A DNA stretch of 64,000 nt from Alphaproteobacteria bacterium (lineage in GTDB: Bacteria > Pseudomonadota > Alphaproteobacteria > MPNO01 > UBA830): contig OZ219790.1 in the NCBI GenBank assembly GCA_964291215.2, positions 1,792,001 through 1,856,000 of the forward strand, written 5' to 3'. Every line of letters begins with the position of its first letter. Position 1 is the first letter of the stretch. A program made the position numbers and the translations under genes. A model generated the notes under the pieces. That model searched no databases, was not told where the DNA came from, and worked only from the letters and a program-made list of their open reading frames with translations. Below, piece by piece: positions 42,647-53,040 of this stretch.

Positions 42647-44281
42647 TTACCGCCAAGCGTCGACCGATATCATACTGTTGTCTGCGCGCCGCCCCTCGAT
42701 GATGCGCCAGGCGCCCTGGGTCTCGCCGCCGGTTACAACGACATCGATCTCCGATTCCTGAAACAGCCTGACCATGTCGTCAGGAGCGGCCTTGAGGTTG
42801 CCTGCATAGGGTTCGACGCCGGCCACCGCCAGCGGCTTTACCAGGGTCTGGACCCACTGGTCGTTCCAGTAGTCCCGCGCCGGCAAAACCGCGTTTTCGG
42901 CGCACCACCGAATCAGCTTGTCCTTGGTGGCGAACCCTTTCTCGACGAAGCCCCGCGCGACGATGGGATCCATGATCATCAATGGCGCCTCGCGCGCCTC
43001 GCAGGCTGCGAAGACTCGCTTTATCTTGGACTGCCACTCGTCACGGGGCCCGAACCCCGACTGCGTATACCGCCCTCCCCGAAACACAGTCACGGCGCTT
43101 TCCGCCGCATCAAACCCGGCGCTCACATGCAGCGGCTCCCACGGGCTGCGCTCCTCGTTCTCGGCAAATGTCGCGCTGAAGGAATTGAGGTTGCCCAGTG
43201 AGCCCATGAAGGTGTCGCCGGGCACCGAACCACCCTGGAGATTCGTGCAGACGAGGTTCCAGGCGCGGCCGATGGTCGCGTTCGCGTGGTTCCAAGGGCC
43301 CAGCGCGCCGATGCCGCAATTCATGCCGATCTCGTGGCGAACCGGTCCGTTGACGACCGCGATGCCTGAGAACGATGTGGTGCTGCTCGAACGCGCGGTA
43401 ACGCCGCTCGACGCCATCGCAAGAAGAACCGGCAGGTACTCCGGCCGGCAACCCGCCATGACCGCGTTGACCGCGACCTTCTCGACCGTGAACTCCCAGA
43501 ATTCCCGGAATGCCGTCGGACGCAGCCGTCCCACGACCTCGTCGGGAGGGTGGCTGGTGCCGGCCACCATCTTCTCGACACGTTCCTCGATCGGGAGAAT
43601 GACGGGGAGGAAATCCGTCCAGTTGCTGTCGATGAAGAGCTGCCGGAGGTTGTCTTCGGTATCGGGTTCAAGGAGCCGTGGCATCGATCGTTCGAAGGAA
43701 ACGCCGGTTTCATCCTCGGCCGTCAGCGGACTCGTGAGCCCCTCGATCACTTCCTGCATGAAAGGGCGTTGGCTGACGGGGTCGGCCCCCTCGATATAGC
43801 CGCGCAGGTCCGAAGCGGACCGGTCGACCACGGGCTGCGGCACAAAGGCCTGGCGCGTGGTCGGCATGCCGTTGGCGAGGGCAACCGATCCCACAAGACG
43901 CGCAAAGATGTCCGTGTGGATGGCGACCGAGGGGATACCAGCTTCCTCGAGCGACATGGCGAGCCCGACGACCGTCGGGCTGCAGGTACTTCACAGGCCG
44001 ACCCCCAGGATCGCGGCGTCCCCGCGGGCGGCGACCCGCGCACGCATCTCGGGATCGTCGACCCAGCTTTCGCGCGGCCTGATGACCGTCGTCTCGACCA
44101 GCGGCAGGTTCTCGGCGAACCATGCCCGCAGCTGCTCCATGAACAGATCGGAGTTGTCGAACAGGCAGTCGACGAGACAGACGGTCTTGCCGTCGAGGCC
44201 CTGCAGGCGCGGCGCGAGGCGCTTGCCGGTAACCTTCGGCGGATAGCCCCGCGGATCATGCACGGTCAGCGCTGCGGTCAT
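42647..44281 (-). CDS. UGSC-family-like selenoprotein, 544 aa with Sec at UGA 43991-43993
   Basis: The ORFs ending at 43991 and starting at 43957 are in frame: ...LGVGL-UGA-STCSPTVV...; hairpin directly downstream; C-terminal part has WTDFLPVILP, TVEKVAVNAVMAGC, ANATIGRA, FAENEE. Confidence 0.82.
43962..43981 (-). promoter_or_regulatory. Putative bacterial SECIS hairpin
   Basis: mRNA UGA-AGUACCUGC-AGCCCGAC-GGUC-GUCGGGCU: perfect 8-bp stem, G-containing loop, stem starting 10 nt after UGA. Confidence 0.7.
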
Positions 44282-44409
44282 TTCCGAATCTCCCGAACGG
44301 GCGTTGCACTTGTCGGGCCCGGCGGCCAGCGGCACGCGCAGCCAAGCTTGCCTTGCCGAACCGTACCAGCAGCGAACGCACCGGACAACGCGACGGGCGC
44401 GCCTGCAGC

Positions 44410-44904
44410 TCAGCCGACGATCAGCCGGTCGCCGGGACGCCATCCCGCCAGGATTTCGCGAAGGTCGTGCAGCGCAAACGCGATGCACCCTTCGGTGGGA
44501 GGAAAGCCCTCGCCGGCGACATGAACGAAGATCGCGCTTCCGACCCCGCCGGCAACCGGGTCCATGTTGTAGTCGGTCACCGCCATCAGGTCATAGAGCC
44601 GGTCGTCGCGCCACAGGCGCTCGCAGCTCGCGGGGTAAGGCAGCGTCACCCTCCTGTTGTAGGCCGTGTCCGCCGGATCGTCGCACCAGCCCAGTGACGG
44701 GTCGAGTTCCGACACCGGCAGCATGGTGGCGGGCAGCCCGATCCGGTCCGGGCGATAGAAGACATCGACAAGACGCATCCCGCCTTCCGGGGTCGTGCCG
44801 TCGCCTTCCCGCTTGTTTCGCCGCACGCCTCCTCGGCCGAGAGCGCAGGAATATGCGGCGTCGCCACGCCGCGCGAGCCCTTCGGCCGAGACCACGAGAT
44901 TCAT
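44410..44904 (-). CDS. L,D-transpeptidase (YkuD-like) family protein
   Basis: CALGRGG, KREGDGTTP, WCDDP, GSAIFVH, TEGCIA. Confidence 0.88.
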   Translation of the reverse strand: MNLVVSAEGLARRGDAAYSCALGRGGVRRNKREGDGTTPEGGMRLVDVFYRPDRIGLPATMLPVSELDPSLGWCDDPADTAYNRRVTLPYPASCERLWRDDRLYDLMAVTDYNMDPVAGGVGSAIFVHVAGEGFPPTEGCIAFALHDLREILAGWRPGDRLIVG

Positions 44905-45051
44905 GACGCACCTTTCCGTTCGGGAGCCATTCGGGCAGAATCGACCCGGATCGGATGCTGCAGGCCCTGTTGAAACGGAACGCGATCCTACCAGATTATG
45001 TTGGGCCGGCAGCGGGCCAGGTGGCCGACACCATCGAAAGGCGGCTGCACG

Positions 45052-45741
45052 ATGTCCATCGTGAAGAAATTGCTCCTGGCCGATCACGACGATCTGCTTC
45101 GCGATTCGCTGCGCGACCAGTTCACGACGGACGGCGAATTCACGATCGAGGAAGCCGGCACGGGCGCCGACGCCCTGGCAGCGTGCAGTGCCGGCAAACA
45201 CGACCTTATCGTTCTTGCCACCGATCTGCCCGACATGGACGGTGTCGAGGTGTGCCGGCTGATGCGGCTTGAGGGGATCAGATGTCCAGTCATTATGCTC
45301 GCCGGACCCGACGGTCGCGGGATGACCGTGGCCTTGGAGGTTGGCGCGAACGATTGTATCTCCAGGCCATTCCACTTCGGTACGCTGTTGGCCAGAATCC
45401 GGGTGCAGCTCGACGAGCCCGAACGCAACGAGGATCCGGTCCTTACCGTCGGGCCGTACAGTTTCCGCCCCACTGCCAGAACCCTCGTCGGTCTCGAGGG
45501 AGACGGCGCCACGATCCGCCTGACCGAGAAGGAGGCGGCGATACTCGAATACCTGCTGCGGACGGAGCACAGGGTCGTCGACCGAACCGAGTTGCTGAGG
45601 GAGATCTGGCGGTACCGTTCCGGCGTGACCACCCATACGCTGGAAACTCACATCTATCTTCTGCGGCAAAAGATCGAGCAGGATCCCTCGAGGGCGGAGA
45701 TACTCCGCACTGTCTCCGGCGGCTACAGGCTGTTTCCGTAA
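45052..45741 (+). CDS. OmpR-family response regulator with atypical receiver
   Basis: LTEKEAAIL, THTLETHIYLLRQKIE winged helix; receiver reads LIVLATDLP at the usual Asp site. Confidence 0.88.
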   Translation: MSIVKKLLLADHDDLLRDSLRDQFTTDGEFTIEEAGTGADALAACSAGKHDLIVLATDLPDMDGVEVCRLMRLEGIRCPVIMLAGPDGRGMTVALEVGANDCISRPFHFGTLLARIRVQLDEPERNEDPVLTVGPYSFRPTARTLVGLEGDGATIRLTEKEAAILEYLLRTEHRVVDRTELLREIWRYRSGVTTHTLETHIYLLRQKIEQDPSRAEILRTVSGGYRLFP

Positions 45742-45907
45742 CCGCGCCGCGGCACCGGCACACAGCCGGGGACATCGGACGGCATCGCCGCCGGGCACGC
45801 GCGACGCGCGTTTGCGTGGTATACAGGTCGCGGCAATGGTCTGCGCTTCCGAACCGCCAGGATGAGAAGCTCCATGCGCACCCCCCCCCCGACCGACCCG
45901 GCACGCG

Positions 45908-46738
45908 ATGACAGGCAGTGATTTCTTCGTCCGGTTCTGGGGTGTGCGCGGCTCCATCGCCTGCCCCGGCCCGGAAACCGTGGCCTATGGCGGAAACACG
46001 TCGTGCGTCGCCGTCCATTGCGGCCCGCATCTGCTGGTGTTCGACGCCGGGACCGGACTCCGCAAGCTGGGGCTGGAGCTGGCTGCAGCCGGGTCCACAG
46101 ATGCCGACCTGTTCCTCAGCCACACCCACATCGACCATATCGAGGGGCTGCCTTTCTTCCGTCCCGCCTACCTGCCCGACAACAGGCTGCGGATATGGTC
46201 GGGCCATCTTGAGGACAACATGAACACCAAGAGCGCGCTGCGCCACCTCATGAACGCGCCCGTGTTTCCTGTTTCCATCGATGTCTTCGGCAGCGGCGTG
46301 AGCTTCCATGATTTCGGCGCCGGCGACACCCTGGCTCCCCGCCCCGGCATCCGCCTGCGCACGGCCGCCCTCAACCACCCGCAGAACGCAACCGGTTACC
46401 GCGTCGACTACAACGGGAAATCGATCTGCTACGTGACCGACACCGAACATCGACCGGACCACCCCGACGAGAATATCCTCGCCCTGATCGAGGGCGCGGA
46501 GGTGATGATCTACGATTCCATGTTCACCGACGACGAATATCCCGATTTTGCCGGTTGGGGGCATTCCACCTGGCAGGAGGGGGCCCGCCTCTGCCGGTCC
46601 GCCGGCGTTCGGACGCTGGCGATATTCCACCATCTTCCCGAACGTGCGGATGCCGACCTCGACCGCATCGCGCTGGAGGCCCGGGAGACGTTCGCCGGCG
46701 CCGTCGTCGCCCGCGAGGGCATGACACTGGCGCCGTGA
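45908..46738 (+). CDS. MBL-fold metallo-hydrolase
   Basis: FWGVRGS, YGGNTSC, DAGTG, SHTHIDHIEG, WGHS, FHH. Confidence 0.9.
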   Translation: MTGSDFFVRFWGVRGSIACPGPETVAYGGNTSCVAVHCGPHLLVFDAGTGLRKLGLELAAAGSTDADLFLSHTHIDHIEGLPFFRPAYLPDNRLRIWSGHLEDNMNTKSALRHLMNAPVFPVSIDVFGSGVSFHDFGAGDTLAPRPGIRLRTAALNHPQNATGYRVDYNGKSICYVTDTEHRPDHPDENILALIEGAEVMIYDSMFTDDEYPDFAGWGHSTWQEGARLCRSAGVRTLAIFHHLPERADADLDRIALEARETFAGAVVAREGMTLAP

Positions 46739-46757
46739 ATCGGACGGAGCCCTGACC

Positions 46758-47606
46758 GTGGCGAGTACCGGGCCCGGCCTCCGGCTGCGCCGCCTCGGCA
46801 TGGGCCTCGCCACCATACTCGGGCTGGCGCCGCGCGGCTGGTTCATACCGCATCGCTATGCGGGATCCGCGAACGCTCCAGAGAGCTATCCCGAACTCGA
46901 AGGTCTGTTCGCCGCCGCCCGGCCGCGTTTCGCCGCGCTGCTCGACGAAATCGATTCCCGTGCCGCGGCCCTCGCGGCCATCGGCCGCGAGGGCCCGCCG
47001 CAACCGAGATGGGAACAGGGGTGGTTTCCGAGGCTCGATGCCGCGGCCTGCTACGCGATGGTCTGCACGCGCCGCCCGGCCCGCATCGTGGAAGTCGGCT
47101 CCGGCCATTCCACCCGTTTCCTCGCGCGCGCGGCGGCTGACTGCGGTCTCGAGGTGCGAATTACCTCCATCGACCCGGCGCCGAGAGCCGATCTGTCGGG
47201 CCTCGGCATCAAACACCTCGCGACAACAGTGCAACACGCGGACGCGGCGCCGTTCAAAGCCCTTTGCAGCGGCGACATGCTGTTCGTCGATTCGAGCCAC
47301 ATCCTCATGCCGGGCAGCGATGTCGACCACCTCCTTAACCGCGTCTGGCCGGCGCTCGCGGCCGGCGTCGTCGTGCATTTCCACGACATCCTCCTGCCCG
47401 ACGGCTATCCCGCTGCCTGGACATGGCGCGGATACAACGAACAGCTCGGCGTAGCGCCCCTGCTGTCCGGCGGCGCAGCCTCGCCCCTGTTCTCGAGCCG
47501 GTACGTCACGACCAGAATGGCGGCCGCCTTCGCAGGATGTGCGGCAAGCAGATTGCCGATCATGCCCGGAGCGATCGAGACCGGCATATGGATGCAGAAG
47601 AATTGA
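46758..47606 (+). CDS. Class I SAM-dependent methyltransferase
   Basis: IVEVGSGHST, SIDPAP, LFVDSSH, HFHDI. Confidence 0.85.
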   Translation: MASTGPGLRLRRLGMGLATILGLAPRGWFIPHRYAGSANAPESYPELEGLFAAARPRFAALLDEIDSRAAALAAIGREGPPQPRWEQGWFPRLDAAACYAMVCTRRPARIVEVGSGHSTRFLARAAADCGLEVRITSIDPAPRADLSGLGIKHLATTVQHADAAPFKALCSGDMLFVDSSHILMPGSDVDHLLNRVWPALAAGVVVHFHDILLPDGYPAAWTWRGYNEQLGVAPLLSGGAASPLFSSRYVTTRMAAAFAGCAASRLPIMPGAIETGIWMQKN

Positions 47607-47624
47607 CTTGCCGCAAGCGGCCAA

Positions 47625-49010
47625 ATGCCCGATTTTCCGGGTATGGCGTCACTTTCCCGCCTCAAGGCCGGTGCCGCGAACCTGTTCTCCGGCAAACTCC
47701 ACCGCACGGAGCTCCCGGCCCGTGTGCAGGCCGCCATCGCCGCGCAGCGGGACGCCAGCGAACGCCTCATCGGCTGGTTCCAGCTCACCGTGGTCTGCGC
47801 CTTCGGCACGCTTTACACCCTATCGCCGAAAACATTTGCCGACGACGCGGCGTTCACCCCGGTCCCGTGGGCGCTCGGCGCATATTTTGCCTTCACCGTG
47901 ATCCGGCTCTTCCTCGCCTATCGGGGACGCATCGGCCCGGCCATGCTCTACGCCTCGGCCATTCTCGACATGAGCCTGCTGCTCGGCCTGATCTGGAGCT
48001 TTCATCTCCAGTATGACCAGCCGCCTTCGTTCTATCTGAAGTCGCCGACACTGCTCTATGTTTTCATTTTCATCTCGCTGCGCGCGCTCAGATTCGAGGC
48101 TCGCTACGTCGTGGCCGCGGGTCTGGCCGCTGCGGCGGGCTGGTTCGGGTTCGCCTGGTATGCGGTCGAGGCGGGCGACGGCGCGTTGGTTACCCGCGAC
48201 TATGTTCTGTACATGACCAGCAATTCCATCCTGATCGGTGCGGAGTTCGACAAGATCATCTCAATTCTCGTGGTGACGGCGATCCTGGCCGTCGCCATCG
48301 GACGCGCCCGCAAACTCCTGATCCGCTCGGTTGCGGAGAGTCAGGCAGCGCAGGATCTTTCGAGATTCTTCTCTCCCGAGATAGCGGAGCAGATCACGGC
48401 ATCGGACGAAGCGGTGTCGGCAGGATCCGGCCAGACCCGCGAGGCCGCGATCCTGTTCTGCGATATCCGCGGTTTCACCGATTTCTCGCACACCCACGAG
48501 CCTGACGAGATCATTGCCATGCTGACGGAGTACCAGCGCCTGCTGGTTCCGATCCTGCAGGAGAATGGCGGCGCGATCGACAAGTTCATGGGTGACGGGA
48601 TAATGGCGACGTTCGGAGCCGCCCTGCCGAGCGCCACCCATGCCGCTGACGCCTGCCGGGCGGTCGACGCGGTGGCGGCAGCGGCCGATCGATGGAACAG
48701 GGAACGCATGGCGGCCGGCCAGCCCGAACTCCGCGTCGGGGCCGCAGTTGCGGCGGGACGAATCGTTTTCGGCGCGGTGGGAAACGAGAACCGGCTCGAA
48801 TACACGGTCATCGGCGATGCGGTCAATCTCGCCGCCAAGCTCGAGAAGGCGACAAAGGCCGAGCGGTGCCGGGCGCTGACGACGCGCGAGACCTACGAGA
48901 CGGCGTGCGCACAGGACTATCGTCCGGCAGGCGGCGAACCGCAGCTCCTGGCCGGCCGGAACATCGAAGGGCTTGAAGAACCGATCGATCTGGTCGTGCT
49001 CGCCGGGTAG
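47625..49010 (+). CDS. Membrane-bound class III adenylate/guanylate cyclase
   Basis: N-terminal TMs; FCDIRGFT, DKFMGDG, EYTVIGDAVNLAAKLE. Confidence 0.9.
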   Translation: MPDFPGMASLSRLKAGAANLFSGKLHRTELPARVQAAIAAQRDASERLIGWFQLTVVCAFGTLYTLSPKTFADDAAFTPVPWALGAYFAFTVIRLFLAYRGRIGPAMLYASAILDMSLLLGLIWSFHLQYDQPPSFYLKSPTLLYVFIFISLRALRFEARYVVAAGLAAAAGWFGFAWYAVEAGDGALVTRDYVLYMTSNSILIGAEFDKIISILVVTAILAVAIGRARKLLIRSVAESQAAQDLSRFFSPEIAEQITASDEAVSAGSGQTREAAILFCDIRGFTDFSHTHEPDEIIAMLTEYQRLLVPILQENGGAIDKFMGDGIMATFGAALPSATHAADACRAVDAVAAAADRWNRERMAAGQPELRVGAAVAAGRIVFGAVGNENRLEYTVIGDAVNLAAKLEKATKAERCRALTTRETYETACAQDYRPAGGEPQLLAGRNIEGLEEPIDLVVLAG

Positions 49011-49198
49011 ATCTCTCGCGAAAGCGCCCGCCACGGACCGGCGCCAGCCGTTTGCCGCGAATCTGACGGGTCATTGCTGCGTGTGCGGCGAACAACGACA
49101 AGCGTCTTCCCTTTCACTATCCTTGCCATCTCAGGATGCAATCCCGCAGCGGGTCTGTTATTAGGGCCCGACAGCCAATTCACGAATTGCAGGAAGCA

Positions 49199-49984
49199 AT
49201 GGCAGCTTACACGTCGACGCGCATGAGCACAGCCGGTTGCGAAATCGAGATGTTGTCGGGAGGCGAAGGGTCTCCGCTCCTCTTCCTCCACGGGGCTGGC
49301 GGTGCGGCAAGCTGGATGCCCTTCATGGACCGGCTGGCGGAACACTATCGCCTGCATGTGCCGAGCCATCCCGGATATGGCAGATCGGAAACTCCCGACT
49401 GGCTCGATGCCATGGGCGACCTCGCCTATTTCTATCTCGATTTCCTGGAAGACCTCGGCGAGGATCGGTTCCATGTCGTCGGCAACTCGCTCGGCGGATG
49501 GCTGGCCCTGGAAATTGCGGTGCGCTCGACAGCGCACATCGAGACGCTGACCCTGGTATCAGCGGCGGGCATTCATCTCGCTGGTGTCCCCAAGGGGGAC
49601 ATCTTTCTCTGGGACGAGACCGAACGCGTCTACAACACGTTCTTCGATCCGTCGCTGGCCGAGGCGCGGCTTGCGAAGGTGCTCGGCGAGGAAGAGACGG
49701 AAATCGCGCTTCGCAATCACTTCATGACGGCGAAACTTGCCTGGCATCCCCGGTTTTACAACCCCGAACTCCAGAAGTGGCTGCATCGCATCACGGTCCC
49801 GACCCTGCTCCTCTGGGGCGCGGACGACAAGATCTTCCCGCCCGCCTACGGCGAAGCCATGCAGACGCTCATTCCCGGCTCGACGCTCACCGTCATCCCC
49901 GAGTGCGGACATCTGCCGCAGCAGGAAAAAACCGACGAATTCGTCTCCCGGGTCCTCGCGCATACGAATGGAGCCGCGTCATGA
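49199..49984 (+). CDS. Alpha/beta hydrolase
   Basis: FLHGAGG, GNSLGG nucleophile elbow, GADD, CGH. Confidence 0.9.
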   Translation: MAAYTSTRMSTAGCEIEMLSGGEGSPLLFLHGAGGAASWMPFMDRLAEHYRLHVPSHPGYGRSETPDWLDAMGDLAYFYLDFLEDLGEDRFHVVGNSLGGWLALEIAVRSTAHIETLTLVSAAGIHLAGVPKGDIFLWDETERVYNTFFDPSLAEARLAKVLGEEETEIALRNHFMTAKLAWHPRFYNPELQKWLHRITVPTLLLWGADDKIFPPAYGEAMQTLIPGSTLTVIPECGHLPQQEKTDEFVSRVLAHTNGAAS

Positions 49985-51159
49985 AGTTCTACTTCTTCCA
50001 TCTCATGCCCTACAGCGCGATCGATCCCGACTTCCTGGAGACCAACAAGTCCGCCTGGATCGACCTTCCGAACAGCTACTACGATCCGCGCGAAGGCGCG
50101 AAGCTCTATCACCGCTATCTCGACGAGCTCGAGCTTGCCGATACGGTCGGGTTCGACGGCGTCTGCGTGAACGAGCACCACCAGACGGCCTACGGGATGA
50201 TGCCGACACCGAACATCCTGGCCGGCGCCCTGTCGCGACGCCTCAAAACGGCCGCCATCGGCGTCATCGGGAGGGCGCTTCCCATCGTCGCCAACCCGCT
50301 GACGATCGCCGAAGAGTTCGCGATGATCGACAACCTGATGAAGGGCAGGTTCATTGCCGGCTTCGTGCGCGGCATCGGCTGCGAATATCACGCGTCGATG
50401 ACCAATCCGGGCTTCAGCCACGAGCGGTTCAGGGAGGCCCACGACCTAATCGTACGCGCATGGACGGAGCCCGGCCCGTTCGAGTTCTACGGCAAGCACT
50501 ACCACTACCAGTACGTCAACCTCTGGCCCCGACCCTACAGCCAGCCGCGCCCGCCGATCTGGATACCGTCCCAGGGCTCCTCGGAAACCGTCGAATTCGC
50601 CGCCCACCCGGACCGCCGCTACACCTTCGTCATCACCTTCAGCCCCGTGGAATCAGTGCGCCGGAACCTTGCCGCCTACCGCGACCAGTGCGAGGCCTAC
50701 GGCTATGTGTGCCCGCCCGAGCAGCTCGGCTGGGCGATGCCGGCCTATGTCGCGGAAACCGACGAGATTGCCCGGCGGGAAGGCGGCCAGCATGTCGAAT
50801 CGCTGTTCAACACCTTCATCAAGTCGCCTTCGCAGTACAAGCTGCCGCCCGGATACTCGTCATTGCAAAGCTACCGCGCTGTCATGGAGTCCAAGTACAA
50901 GGTGCGCGAGAGCTACCTGAGCGCCGACACGCTGATCGAGAACGGCATGTTTCTCTGCGGAAGCCCGGCGACGATCGCCGAGAAGCTTGAGGCCTATCAG
51001 GCGGACATGGGATTCGGCAATCTCGTGCCGATGCTCCAGTTCGGAACTCTGCCCGCCGGGCTCACGGAGAAGAACCTGCGCATGTTCGCCGAGGAGGTCA
51101 TTCCGAGGGTTCGCCATCTCGGCGCATCGGCCGCACTCGAGGAAGCCGCCGCGGAATAG
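49981..51159 (+). CDS. LLM-class flavin-dependent oxidoreductase
   Basis: GFDGVCVNEHH, AEEFAMID, GFVRG, WPRP.SQPRPPIW. Confidence 0.9.
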   Translation: MKFYFFHLMPYSAIDPDFLETNKSAWIDLPNSYYDPREGAKLYHRYLDELELADTVGFDGVCVNEHHQTAYGMMPTPNILAGALSRRLKTAAIGVIGRALPIVANPLTIAEEFAMIDNLMKGRFIAGFVRGIGCEYHASMTNPGFSHERFREAHDLIVRAWTEPGPFEFYGKHYHYQYVNLWPRPYSQPRPPIWIPSQGSSETVEFAAHPDRRYTFVITFSPVESVRRNLAAYRDQCEAYGYVCPPEQLGWAMPAYVAETDEIARREGGQHVESLFNTFIKSPSQYKLPPGYSSLQSYRAVMESKYKVRESYLSADTLIENGMFLCGSPATIAEKLEAYQADMGFGNLVPMLQFGTLPAGLTEKNLRMFAEEVIPRVRHLGASAALEEAAAE

Positions 51160-51228
51160 GCCCGGGCCGGACACCGCCTCCCGAGGCCGCAGCAGCGGAT
51201 ACTGCCTCGCTACGCCCGGGCCGACCGT

Positions 51229-51654
51229 TCATTCGTCAGCGTTGAACCGCTCGCCGCGCTGCCTCTTGAGCCGGGATCTCCGCGTCTTGTCGTCGCGCCT
51301 CCGGGCGCGGCCGGCCGAGGTCGGACGGGTCGTAACCCGGGCCGCTGGCGCGCGCGCCGCCTGAGCGATCAGATTGACGAGCCGAACCATGGCATCCCTG
51401 CGGTTGGCCGCCTGGGTGCGATGGCGCGACGCGGTGATCACGATCTCGCCGTCGCGCGTCATCCGCGATCCGGCCAGCTCCTCGAGCCGCTGCTTCACCT
51501 CGGCGTCGAGCGACGGTGAATGACGAGCGTCGAAACGCAACTGCACAGCAGACGCGACCTTGTTCACGTTCTGGCCGCCCGGCCCGCTGGCGCGAATGAA
51601 GGTCTCTCGGACTTCGTCCGGAGCGATCGTGATTTCCTCGTTGATTTTGATCAT
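51229..51654 (-). CDS. arfB: Alternative ribosome rescue peptidyl-tRNA hydrolase
   Basis: ASGPGGQNVNKVASAV, basic C-terminal tail. Confidence 0.92.
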   Translation of the reverse strand: MIKINEEITIAPDEVRETFIRASGPGGQNVNKVASAVQLRFDARHSPSLDAEVKQRLEELAGSRMTRDGEIVITASRHRTQAANRRDAMVRLVNLIAQAARAPAARVTTRPTSAGRARRRDDKTRRSRLKRQRGERFNADE

Positions 51655-52074
51655 GACGGGGCCGCCAGGGGCAATCCTCGGACCAGCGCCGGTCGGCATG
51701 GCGGGCACGGAGCCCGAGCGCCGGCTTCGTCCGGATCTGCGTCGCAAGGCGATCTTTCCGCCCTCCGCGCCTTCGCCGGCAGGAATAGTCGTTTTCTGCC
51801 GCCACGTCATTAGCGGACAGGACACGGAGCCGCCTGGCGCCGGTCCCCGGGCTTTCGGCCGGAACGCCCGAATGCTATGGATGGAACGGGCCTGCGCGGC
51901 CGCAGAAGGAAACTCCGACGGTCTTGCGAAGCACAGGCATCATTCCACGGTCGAAGGCAGTGATCGCGTTCCACCGGAAACCGGCGTTCGGCCTGCATCG
52001 GGCGGGCGGGCCGGGAGTTACGCAATGTTCCAGGATGCCGGCGCCCGGCCCGATGCCTGCCGGAAGGCGTCTTC

Positions 52075-53040
52075 ATGGCTGCGCCTGACCGGCCGATAGC
52101 GGAAGCCGGGCGGCCGGACCGGCGCCGGCTCTACAGCGGCTACGCACTCCTCGTGCTGGCACTCCTGATGTGGGCCGGAAACTCGATCGTCGGACGGCTC
52201 TCCGCCGGCGAGGACATCCCGCCGCTGGCGCTGAATTTCTGGCGCTGGACCTGCGCATCGGTGTTCTTCATCGCCTTCGCGGGACCCGCGGCCTGGCGCC
52301 AGCGCCGCAGGATCCTCGCTGCATGGAAGTTCATCGTCCCGTTTTCGCTGCTGTCGATCGCGGGCTTCAATTCCCTGTTCTACCTCGCGCTCCAGAAGAG
52401 CACCGTGCTCCAGGTCGTCCTGATCCAGTCGGTGCTGCCGGTTCTCGTGCTGCTGCTCGGCTTCGCCTTCCTGCGCGAAGCGATCTCCGCCCGCCAGTGG
52501 CTGGGAGTCGCCTTTTCGGTGTCGGGGGCCGCTCTGATCATCCTGCGGGGCGACTCGTCGATACTGGAGACCGTGCGGCTGAACGAGGGGGATCTCTGGG
52601 CGCTCGGTTCCGTCCTGCTGTGGGCGATTCAGGCCTTCACGATCCGATGGAAGCCGAGGGACATCGAGATCATGCCCTTCATGACGAGCATCGCCGTCAT
52701 CGGTGTCGTCGCCATGGCGCCGCTCTACCTGTGGGAAACCCTGACAGTGGCGCCGATGCCGGCCACCGGCACCAGTTTCCTGTTCGTCCTCTATCTCGGC
52801 CTCATGGCGAGTTTCGTCGGCACCAGCTACTGGAACGAGGGAACCTATCGCGCCGGAGGCGCCCAAGCCGGCTATTTCGGGAACCTATTCCCGATATTCG
52901 CAAGCACCCTGGCAATCCTGCTGCTCGGCGAAACCCTGCGCTGGTATCACACCGTCGCCGCAGCCTTCGTCGTCATCGGCATCTGGCTGGCGACCAGCCA
53001 TCACGCCCGCCGGATGCGCGGGAATGGAGGGTCCGGGTGA
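52075..53040 (+). CDS. DMT/EamA family transporter
   Basis: WAGNSIVGR, PPLALNFWRW, about 10 TMs. Confidence 0.88.
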   Translation: MAAPDRPIAEAGRPDRRRLYSGYALLVLALLMWAGNSIVGRLSAGEDIPPLALNFWRWTCASVFFIAFAGPAAWRQRRRILAAWKFIVPFSLLSIAGFNSLFYLALQKSTVLQVVLIQSVLPVLVLLLGFAFLREAISARQWLGVAFSVSGAALIILRGDSSILETVRLNEGDLWALGSVLLWAIQAFTIRWKPRDIEIMPFMTSIAVIGVVAMAPLYLWETLTVAPMPATGTSFLFVLYLGLMASFVGTSYWNEGTYRAGGAQAGYFGNLFPIFASTLAILLLGETLRWYHTVAAAFVVIGIWLATSHHARRMRGNGGSG

